Of a stretch of DNA of 35,991 nt, positions 29,594 through 35,991 are shown one piece after another. Each line of letters starts with the position of its first letter. Positions within the stretch are counted from its first letter, which is position 1. The DNA comes from an uncultured Actinomycetes bacterium (GTDB taxonomy: Bacteria > Actinomycetota > Actinomycetes > Nanopelagicales > Nanopelagicaceae). The stretch lies in contig CAYFKK010000001.1 of assembly GCA_964343655.1 (NCBI GenBank), positions 1 to 35,991 on the forward strand, in the 5' to 3' direction. The translations under genes were made by a program, and so were the position numbers. The notes beneath the pieces are model-generated. The model did no database searches, was not told where the DNA came from, and saw only the letters and a program-made list of their open reading frames with translations.

Positions 29594-30807
29594 TGATGAA
29601 ATTAGACGTTGCCAAAATCCGAGAAGATTTCCCGATTTTCAATCGGGAAATTCGGCGTGGCCAACGTTTGGTCTACTTAGATAGTGGCGCTACGAGTCAA
29701 AAACCTAGAATGGTCTTGGATGCCGAACGCGCATTCTATGAAAATCACAATGCAGCTGCACACCGCGGAGCACATCAATTAGCCGAGGAGGCAACTTCGG
29801 CGTATGAATCGGCTCGCGAATCCGTTGCAAACTTTATTGGCGCATATTCGAACGAAATAGTTTTCACGAAAAGTGCTACCGAATCATTGAATCTGCTTGC
29901 TTACACAATAAGACTTACACCCGGTGATGAAGTTCTTGTCACCGAGATGGAGCATCACGCAAACCTAATTCCGTGGCAGCAAGCGTGCCTTAGGTCTGGC
30001 GCAATTTTGCGCTGGATTAGTGTCTCTAAAAATGGTCGATTAGATCTTTCAAACTTGAATGAATTAATTAACTCAAAAACAAAAATAGTTGCCATCACTC
30101 ATCAATCCAACGTGCTTGGCACTATTAACGAACTAGAACCGATCGTTTCGGCTGCAAAGAAAATTAACGCGAAAGTTGTTTTAGATGCTTGTCAATCGGT
30201 CCCGCATCTTAAAGTAGATGTCAAGAAGTTAGGCGTAGATTATTTAGTTTTCTCGGCACATAAGATGCTCGGGTTATTGGGTACTGGAGTTCTCTGGGGT
30301 GCTGATTTAAATTCGCTTCCGCCATTTATTTTTGGTGGGTCAATGATTGAATCCGTAACTATGACTGAAGCCACTTGGAATGATGCGCCAACACGATTTG
30401 AAGGCGGCGTTCCAAACGTTGCAGGTGCAGTCGCGTTGGCAGCTGGAATTAAATATCTAGAAGAAATTGGAATTCAAAATATTCATAACCATGAAATAGC
30501 CTTAACCGGAGAATTAATTGCCGGTTTGCAAGCAATTGATGGTATTGAAATATTTGGTCCAACAGATTTAGCCGATCGGGGCGGAACAGTTTCATTTACG
30601 TTAAATGGAATCCATCCGCATGATTTGGGGCAATTTTTAGACGACAATGGAATCGCAGTTCGTACTGGACATCATTGCGCCTGGCCATTAGCCAAAAAAT
30701 TTAATTTGACAGCGACAACTAGAGCTTCGTTATATTTATATAACGATTCTGACGATATTGCAGCATTGCTGTCTGGAATAAAAGCTGCGAAAGAATTCTT
30801 TAAATGA
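29593..30807 (+). CDS. sufS: Cysteine desulfurase SufS (class II aminotransferase V)
   Basis: 404 aa with YLDSGATSQKP, the PLP-lysine region FSAHKMLG and the active-site region RTGHHCAWPL. Its ATG overlaps the sufC TAA as TAATG. Confidence 0.92.
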   Translation: MMKLDVAKIREDFPIFNREIRRGQRLVYLDSGATSQKPRMVLDAERAFYENHNAAAHRGAHQLAEEATSAYESARESVANFIGAYSNEIVFTKSATESLNLLAYTIRLTPGDEVLVTEMEHHANLIPWQQACLRSGAILRWISVSKNGRLDLSNLNELINSKTKIVAITHQSNVLGTINELEPIVSAAKKINAKVVLDACQSVPHLKVDVKKLGVDYLVFSAHKMLGLLGTGVLWGADLNSLPPFIFGGSMIESVTMTEATWNDAPTRFEGGVPNVAGAVALAAGIKYLEEIGIQNIHNHEIALTGELIAGLQAIDGIEIFGPTDLADRGGTVSFTLNGIHPHDLGQFLDDNGIAVRTGHHCAWPLAKKFNLTATTRASLYLYNDSDDIAALLSGIKAAKEFFK

Positions 30808-31250
30808 TGGAATTGAATTCACTTTATCAAGAAGTGATATTGGATCACTACAAGCATCCGCACCACAAGGGAATTAATCCCATTCACGACGTCAAAGTTC
30901 ATCATATAAATCCAAGTTGTGGCGACGAACAAGATTTGGCGTTAACAATTGTTGATGGTCGAGTTTCCGATTTAACTTGGGATGGTGTTGGCTGTTCAAT
31001 TTCAATGGCCAGCACCTCTATTTTGAGCGATTTGGTGATTGGCAAAAGCGTTTCTCAAGCAATTTCGATTTTAGATTCGTTTACTAAAATGTTGAAGAGT
31101 AAAGGCGAAGATTTAGGTGATGAAGAGGTTCTAGAAGATGCCGTTGCTTTTGCTGGAGTATCGAAATATCCAGCCCGAATCAAATGTGCATTATTGGGTT
31201 GGATGGCATTTAAAGATGCGTTGACACAAGCTGGCAAAAAAGTAATTTAA
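30804..31250 (+). CDS. sufU: SUF-system NifU-family sulfur transfer/scaffold protein SufU
   Basis: 148 aa with the motifs NPSCGDE, GCSISMAS and ARIKCALL. It shares a 4-nt ATGA overlap with sufS. Confidence 0.88.
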   Translation: MMELNSLYQEVILDHYKHPHHKGINPIHDVKVHHINPSCGDEQDLALTIVDGRVSDLTWDGVGCSISMASTSILSDLVIGKSVSQAISILDSFTKMLKSKGEDLGDEEVLEDAVAFAGVSKYPARIKCALLGWMAFKDALTQAGKKVI

Positions 31251-31277
31251 AGTATCGGGCAGAAAGTAGACTGAAAG

Positions 31278-31283
31278 TAGAAT
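31278..31283 (+). promoter_or_regulatory. Candidate -10 element (TAGAAT) 8 nt upstream of the DUF59 gene ATG
   Basis: TAGAAT-aggaacgt-ATG(31292), located in the only sizeable gap (41 nt) of the suf region. Alternatively, AGGAA could be a weak, closely spaced Shine-Dalgarno. Confidence 0.25.
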
Positions 31284-31291
31284 AGGAACGT

Positions 31292-31603
31292 ATGAGTGCA
31301 AAAATAGATGATGTAACAGAAGCGATGAAGGATGTAGTTGATCCCGAATTAGGCATCAATGTAGTTGATTTGGGGCTTCTGTATGACGTTATGGTCGATG
31401 AATCCAATACTGCAATTCTGAATATGACACTAACTTCTGCTGCTTGCCCATTACAAGATGTAATTGAAGATCAAACGCGGGCCGCTTTAGCGGGTTTAAC
31501 GGATGATGTAAAAATTAATTGGGTATGGATGCCACCATGGGGGCCAGACAAAATCTCAGATGATGGCCGGGATCAATTGCGCGCACTTGGGTTCACTGTT
31601 TAA
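31292..31603 (+). CDS. DUF59 (MIP18/SufT-like) metal-sulfur cluster assembly factor
   Basis: 103 aa with VVDPELGINVVDLGLLY and MTLTSAACP, the DUF59 core with its conserved Cys. This is the usual last gene of actinobacterial suf clusters. Confidence 0.78.
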   Translation: MSAKIDDVTEAMKDVVDPELGINVVDLGLLYDVMVDESNTAILNMTLTSAACPLQDVIEDQTRAALAGLTDDVKINWVWMPPWGPDKISDDGRDQLRALGFTV

Positions 31604-33469
31604 ATGTCGATGCATGCCGGCTGGATGGCGCTACGAACACTCCAGTCCGATCAGTCGGTAAAAGATGCCAAGTTAAAACCCGGCACTATCCGGAGAATAT
31701 TTAGCTATAGTTCAAATTACCGAATAGATTTAATCTTTTTCGTCATTTCGGTAATCGTTGATGCAGTTTTGGTAATTTCTACACCACTTTTGTTAAAGGA
31801 CTTGATTGATAAAGGTGTTATTCCGAAAGATTCTTCAGTGGTTGTGCGACTTTCTTTACTTGTCGGAATCATTGCCGTCGCTAATGCCGCGATAAATATG
31901 TGGAACCGATGGTACTCCGCAAAAATTGGCGAGGGCTTAATTTACGATTTACGTTCGCAGGTTTTCAATCACGTGCAGAAGCAGTCAATTGCTTTCTTCA
32001 CCAGAACTCAAACCGGTGCATTGATAACGCGCATAAATTCAGATGTGATTGGAGCGCAACGAGCTTTCACATCAACACTTTCCGGATTAGTAAGTAACAT
32101 TTTAACTTTGATTTTAGTTGTAGGAACAATGATCACTTTGAACTGGCAGATCACGCTTATTTCGCTGGCGTTATTGCCAATTTTTTTGGCTCCTACAAAG
32201 TGGGTTGGAAGGCGACTTCAAAATTACACTCGAGATAGCTATGGCCTAAATGCAGACATGTCCAGTGCGATGACTGAACGATTTAATGTTTCTGGAGCGC
32301 TTCTGGTAAAACTTTACGGAAATATCGATGCTGAAAGTCGAATTTTCAGATCAAAGGCGCGAAAAGTTGCCGACATCGGAATCAGCATGGCAATGCTAAA
32401 CACATTCTTCTTCATCTCTTTGATGAGCATCGCTTCAATCGCGACCGCTATCGCATATGGAGTTGGCGGCACCTTAGCTATATCTGGCAGCCTTTCAGTT
32501 GGATCCTTAATAGCAATTACAACCTTACTTGTTCGCTTATATGGTCCACTTACCGCTTTATCAAACGTTCGTGTGGATGTAATGGGCGCGCTAGTTTCAT
32601 TTGAACGAGTTTTTGAAGTTTTAGATTTAGAACCGATGGTCAAAAATTCGCCAAAGGCCATTGAATGGCGCGGCCGCGAACCTGAAATAACTTTTGAAAA
32701 TGTTAGTTTCGCCTATCCAAAAGCGAATGAGATTTCGCTTGCTTCCTTAGAAGCAGTGGCAAAGCCAGAAATTATTGAAAGCGGAGAAATCCTAAAAGAT
32801 ATTTCATTCACGGTTAAGCCCGGAACATTAACTGCAATCGTCGGCCCCTCAGGCGCCGGGAAAACAACAATTTCTGCGTTGGTTCCAAGACTTTATGATG
32901 TTACAAAAGGTTCAATAAGAATCGATGGAATTGATCTACGTGATATTGAATTGGACTCTTTACGATCAGGTATTGGCGTTGTAATGCAAGATTCACATCT
33001 ATTTCACGAAACCATCGCGGAAAACCTTCGATACGCTAAACCAAACGCGACTGAAGCGGAATTAATTGCAGCTTGCAAATCAGCACAAATTTGGGATTTG
33101 ATTTCTACTCTTCCAAATGGTTTCGACACTTTAGTTGGTGAACGCGGTCACAGATTGTCGGGCGGCGAAAAACAGCGTCTGGCAATCGCTCGTTTACTTT
33201 TGAAATCGCCATCAATTGTTATTTTAGATGAAGCTACCGCTCATTTGGATTCTGAAAATGAATCTTTGGTTCAAAAAGCTTTGAAGGAAGCGCTAATGGG
33301 GAGAACTAGTATTGTGATTGCCCATCGGTTAAGTACCGTTAAAGATGCCGATCAGATTTTGGTTCTTGATCAAGGTAAAATTGTTGAAATAGGTAAACAC
33401 GAGGAATTGGTTTCGAAGAACGGTTTGTATTCAGAATTATTTGCCAGACAGAGCTTGACGTCTAATTAG
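31604..33469 (+). CDS. ABC exporter half-transporter (fused TMD-NBD, MsbA/MdlB-like)
   Basis: 621 aa. The N-terminal ~330 aa carry six hydrophobic helices. The NBD has Walker A GPSGAGKTT, signature LSGGEKQRLAIARL, Walker B IVILDEATAHLD and H-loop IAHRLST. The ATG immediately follows the DUF59 TAA with 0 nt between them. Confidence 0.85.
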   Translation: MSMHAGWMALRTLQSDQSVKDAKLKPGTIRRIFSYSSNYRIDLIFFVISVIVDAVLVISTPLLLKDLIDKGVIPKDSSVVVRLSLLVGIIAVANAAINMWNRWYSAKIGEGLIYDLRSQVFNHVQKQSIAFFTRTQTGALITRINSDVIGAQRAFTSTLSGLVSNILTLILVVGTMITLNWQITLISLALLPIFLAPTKWVGRRLQNYTRDSYGLNADMSSAMTERFNVSGALLVKLYGNIDAESRIFRSKARKVADIGISMAMLNTFFFISLMSIASIATAIAYGVGGTLAISGSLSVGSLIAITTLLVRLYGPLTALSNVRVDVMGALVSFERVFEVLDLEPMVKNSPKAIEWRGREPEITFENVSFAYPKANEISLASLEAVAKPEIIESGEILKDISFTVKPGTLTAIVGPSGAGKTTISALVPRLYDVTKGSIRIDGIDLRDIELDSLRSGIGVVMQDSHLFHETIAENLRYAKPNATEAELIAACKSAQIWDLISTLPNGFDTLVGERGHRLSGGEKQRLAIARLLLKSPSIVILDEATAHLDSENESLVQKALKEALMGRTSIVIAHRLSTVKDADQILVLDQGKIVEIGKHEELVSKNGLYSELFARQSLTSN

Positions 33470-34111
33470 TAATCGTCCGTAAATAACTAAACCGCCAAAA
33501 AAAAGCCATTGCAAGGTGTAGGCATAATGTGGTCCATCGCTAAGTGCGGGTAAATCTGCCGGATAATCGACATTCCGGCCATTGGTTTTAATCAAATCGA
33601 TCCTAAATTTGGAATCGCTATCATTTGGTACTTTTTGCGGTAACGCGAAAAATTTGCCCTGCAACAAGGTTTTGCCGCTACGAATCCGGCCTTCTATCAA
33701 AACTTCTTCTTTCGGGGTAGGTGGCAAAAAAGGTTTTTCCGATGCAGTTGCACCAGCCTTTACCCAACCACGATCAATCCAAATAATCTCACCAGTGGTC
33801 GCTCTAAATTTTGTCAGATATTCGTATCCATATTGGCCTTCGAAGTATGAATTCCTTCTTAATAAATCCGTTCCCGACAAATATTTGCCAGATATTTCAA
33901 TCCTGCGCCATTCGTTTTCTGCAATATTTTTTGGGAGTGCATTTAGGGAGGGTTTCGCTAAATTCTTAACAATTTTGTCATTTAATTGATGTCGGTCTTG
34001 CCCGCGATGGAATTGCCAATTAGCCGCAACCAAGCAAAGAACGATTAGCAAGAAAGCTATAAATGATTTTGCTAAAGAATTGGATTCGCTATCCAATTGA
34101 TTTCCGTACAT
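33437..34111 (-). CDS. SURF1-family (cytochrome oxidase biogenesis) membrane protein
   Basis: 224 aa with an N-terminal TM helix followed by NWQFHRG. IWIDRGWV lies mid-protein, and a C-terminal TM helix carries HYAYTLQWLFFG. These are typical SURF1/Shy1 motifs. Confidence 0.7.
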   Translation of the reverse strand: MYGNQLDSESNSLAKSFIAFLLIVLCLVAANWQFHRGQDRHQLNDKIVKNLAKPSLNALPKNIAENEWRRIEISGKYLSGTDLLRRNSYFEGQYGYEYLTKFRATTGEIIWIDRGWVKAGATASEKPFLPPTPKEEVLIEGRIRSGKTLLQGKFFALPQKVPNDSDSKFRIDLIKTNGRNVDYPADLPALSDGPHYAYTLQWLFFGGLVIYGRLLIRRQALSGK

Positions 34112-34349
34112 TTAAAGTAGAAGCGGTTTCGCCATTTTCGCGGCCAGCGTTGGCAATTATTACCGCGATGTAAGGCAATAGCACTGCACCTAATATTAAG
34201 AACCAACGCCAAGGATTTGGCGTAAAAACTGCTCCAAGAAAACAAAATGTTCTAATCATCATGGAGATGAAATAGCGCTTAGCTCGCCCAGGTAGTTCAT
34301 CGCTTTGCGCTACTGGTGCGTTCGTTATTGAAATCGGCTCTTTCGCCAC
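34089..34349 (-). CDS. DUF3099-like small membrane protein
   Basis: 86 aa with a GTG start and two TM helices (FISMMIRTFCFLGAVF and PWRWFLILGAVLLPYIAVIIAN). This resembles the actinobacteria-specific DUF3099 family as I recall it. No direct homology test was possible. Confidence 0.55.
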   Translation of the reverse strand: MAKEPISITNAPVAQSDELPGRAKRYFISMMIRTFCFLGAVFTPNPWRWFLILGAVLLPYIAVIIANAGRENGETASTLNVRKSIG

Positions 34350-34355
34350 AAAGTA

Positions 34356-34361
34356 AGGATA
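34356..34361 (-). promoter_or_regulatory. Candidate -10 element (TATCCT on minus strand) for a leaderless DUF3099 mRNA
   Basis: The minus-strand sequence reads TATCCT-tacttt-GTG (GTG at complement 34349-34347). The hexamer matches TANNNT with 6-nt spacing. Confidence 0.25.
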
Positions 34362-34365
34362 AAGT
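34360..34365 (+). promoter_or_regulatory. Candidate -10 element (TAAAGT) for a leaderless fabG mRNA
   Basis: TAAAGT-tagttcc-ATG(34373). The hexamer matches TANNNT with 7-nt spacing and overlaps the divergent DUF3099 hexamer by 2 nt. Confidence 0.3.
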
Positions 34366-34372
34366 TAGTTCC

Positions 34373-35083
34373 ATGAGTTCATCAAAACTCGCCCTAGTAA
34401 CTGGCGGAAACCGCGGAATTGGTCTGGCGATCGCCAACGCTTTAAAGGCAGATGGGGTAGATGTAATTGTGACCTACAGATCAGGGTCGGCTCCTGAAGG
34501 ATTCAAATCCGTAAAGATGGATGTCACCAAAACCGAGAGCGTCGAAGCAGCCTTTTCTGAAATCGAAGAGAAGTTCGGTACTCCGGAAGTGATTGTCGCA
34601 AATGCCGGTATTACCAAAGATATGTTGGTCATGCGAATGACTGACGATGATTTTCTGGATGTGATCAATGCAAATCTTGCTGGCGCGTTTCGTGTTGCCC
34701 GTCGCGCGACCAAGGGTCTACTTAAATTGAAAAAAGGAAGATTGATTTTCATTGGCTCAGTTGTTGGCGGAATTGGATCAGCTGGCCAAGTTAATTACTC
34801 TGCAAGTAAATCCGGAATGGTCGGAATGGCTAGATCCTTTGCCCGCGAATTGGGTAGCCGTGGAATCACTTCGAATGTAATCGCACCAGGATTTGTTGAA
34901 ACCGATATGACCGCAGAGCTAACTGAAAGTCGAAGAGAAGAGATCGCAAAGGCGGTACCGATGGGCAGATTCTGCAGCGCAGAGGAGATAGCTGCAGTGG
35001 TCTCATTTATCGCCTCCGATGAAGCAAGTTATATAACTGGAGCGCTAATTCCTGTTGATGGTGGTTTAGGGATGGGACACTAG
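34373..35083 (+). CDS. fabG: 3-oxoacyl-ACP reductase FabG (MabA/FabG1-like SDR)
   Basis: 236 aa from ATG 34373. The sequence includes LVTGGNRGIGLAIA and INANLTGAFRV-like INANLAGAFRV. It also has the catalytic motif YSASKSGMVGMARS and the C-terminal IPVDGGLGMGH. It is nearly colinear with mycobacterial FabG1 as I recall it. The 19-codon upstream extension in the ORF track is rejected. Confidence 0.9.
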   Translation: MSSSKLALVTGGNRGIGLAIANALKADGVDVIVTYRSGSAPEGFKSVKMDVTKTESVEAAFSEIEEKFGTPEVIVANAGITKDMLVMRMTDDDFLDVINANLAGAFRVARRATKGLLKLKKGRLIFIGSVVGGIGSAGQVNYSASKSGMVGMARSFARELGSRGITSNVIAPGFVETDMTAELTESRREEIAKAVPMGRFCSAEEIAAVVSFIASDEASYITGALIPVDGGLGMGH

Positions 35084-35102
35084 AGGTAGAAATAAGGGAA
35101 GA

Positions 35103-35879
35103 ATGGGTATGGGAATTCTGCAAGATAAGAAGATTTTGGTAACCGGAGTTTTAACAGATACATCAATTGCTTTTCATGTTGCCAGACTCGCTCAAGAAGA
35201 GGGTGCCGATATCGTGCTCACCTCATTTGGAAGAGCTATGAGCATCACTACGCGCATTGCTGGCAGGCTTCCTAAATCTGCACCGGTTCTCGAATTGGAT
35301 GTGACCAATGACGAGCACTTAACATCACTTGCAACAAGAGTTAAAGAGCATCTGCCGCATCTTGATGGAGTAGTGCATTCAATTGGTTTTGCACCTGAAT
35401 CTGCTTTGGGCGGTAAATTCTTAAGCACTGAGTGGCCTGATGTTGCAACTGCGCTTCAAGTATCCGCATATTCTTACAAGTCTTTAGCTATGGCCTGTAA
35501 GCCACTCTTTCCACCATCAGGTGCTTCGGTGGTAGGTATGGATTTTGATGCACAAGTTGCTTGGCCAAAATACGATTGGATGGGTGTCGCTAAAGCTGCC
35601 CTTGAATCAACTAATAGATACCTCGCGAAATTCTTGGGGCCAGAAAACATTCGTTTTAATTTAGTAGCGGCTGGTCCAATCTCGACAATCGCAGCGAAGT
35701 CGATTCCAGATTTCCAACAGTTTGAACATCTTTGGGATCAACGCGCACCATTGCATTGGGATGTCACAGATCCGATACCTGCAGCTAAAGGCGCTATCGC
35801 ACTCCTCTCTGATTGGTTGCCTGCAACTAGTGGCGAAATCCTCCATGTTGATGGTGGATTTCACGCCATGGGCGGTTGA
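35103..35879 (+). CDS. fabI: NADH-dependent enoyl-ACP reductase, InhA-type FabI
   Basis: 258 aa with ILVTGVLTDTSIAFHVARLAQEEGA, VHSIGFAP, MDFD, the catalytic motif YDWMGVAKAALES and LSDWLPATSGEILHVDGG. It is colinear with M. tuberculosis InhA as I recall it and lies directly after fabG, as in the mabA-inhA operon. Confidence 0.9.
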   Translation: MGMGILQDKKILVTGVLTDTSIAFHVARLAQEEGADIVLTSFGRAMSITTRIAGRLPKSAPVLELDVTNDEHLTSLATRVKEHLPHLDGVVHSIGFAPESALGGKFLSTEWPDVATALQVSAYSYKSLAMACKPLFPPSGASVVGMDFDAQVAWPKYDWMGVAKAALESTNRYLAKFLGPENIRFNLVAAGPISTIAAKSIPDFQQFEHLWDQRAPLHWDVTDPIPAAKGAIALLSDWLPATSGEILHVDGGFHAMGG

Positions 35880-35929
35880 TTTCATCAATATCCATGCTCG
35901 ATTTGAGTGAAAGTACGCTTTAACTTAGA

Positions 35930-35965
35930 CTCCTCTTATTGACCGGCTATATGCCGCAAGAGGAG
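35930..35965. other. Imperfect hairpin downstream of fabI (possible U-tract-less terminator)
   Basis: CTCCTCTT (35930-35937) pairs with AAGAGGAG (35958-35965). An inner CGGC/GCCG stem (35944-35947 / 35953-35956) encloses TATAT. No T-run follows on either strand, so the terminator function is speculative. Confidence 0.2.
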
Positions 35966-35991
35966 AAATCCCACCTAAACCGCTTCGGCGG

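Noticed and set aside
34316-34372. 19-codon upstream extension of fabG (start at 34316), which overlaps the DUF3099 5' end on the opposite strand.
   Set aside because: FabG homology starts at SSSKLALVTGGNRGIG right after ATG 34373. That ATG has a TANNNT hexamer 7 nt upstream, and the extension would create a 34-nt divergent overlap.
35951-35991. ATG at 35951 (MPQEEKSHLNRFG...) as the start of a new plus-strand gene. Alternatively, the tail of a minus-strand gene entering from the right edge.
   Set aside because: Only about 13 codons are visible and there is no Shine-Dalgarno or -10 signal. The ATG sits in the loop of the 35930-35965 hairpin, so nothing here can be supported.

Overview
This 35,991-bp window is an AT-rich, very compact core-housekeeping segment of an actinobacterial chromosome. 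By my tally of the coordinates below, about 98% of it is coding. I call 34 protein genes: livG-livF, a hotdog thioesterase, polA, rpsA, coaE, uvrB-uvrA-uvrC, rapZ, yvcK, whiA, gap-pgk-tpiA, secG and rbpA on the plus strand. On the minus strand are ctaA-tkt-tal-pgi. These are followed by sufR-sufB-sufD-Rieske-sufC-sufS-sufU, a DUF59 gene with a coupled ABC exporter, SURF1 and DUF3099 on the minus strand, and fabG plus an InhA-type fabI. Actinobacterial signature genes (whiA, rbpA, sufR, DUF3099, a MabA/InhA-like pair), gene order matching Mycobacterium/Streptomyces, and low GC suggest a genome-streamlined, probably planktonic acI/Nanopelagicales-like actinobacterium; this is inference only. I saw no tRNA, rRNA, CRISPR array, transposase, integrase, phage gene or recognisable defence gene, and no hypothetical-gene island. 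I therefore do not claim a novel system here. The points worth a second look are architectural. (1) uvrB, uvrA and uvrC are contiguous and translationally coupled. (2) All three convergent gene pairs overlap, two of them through a shared TTAA double stop, and only one canonical intrinsic terminator is visible, after rpsA. (3) A TANNNT hexamer lies 6-8 nt upstream of the start codon at eight genes that head putative transcription units, which fits leaderless mRNAs. (4) tkt-tal is followed by pgi rather than zwf-opcA-pgl. (5) The suf region carries an embedded Rieske gene and a DUF59 plus ABC half-transporter module. (6) A perfect 3 x 9-bp tandem repeat places three in-frame TAA codons at the end of pgk. 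All functional calls come from reading the translated ORFs and recalling family motifs. No database search was run.
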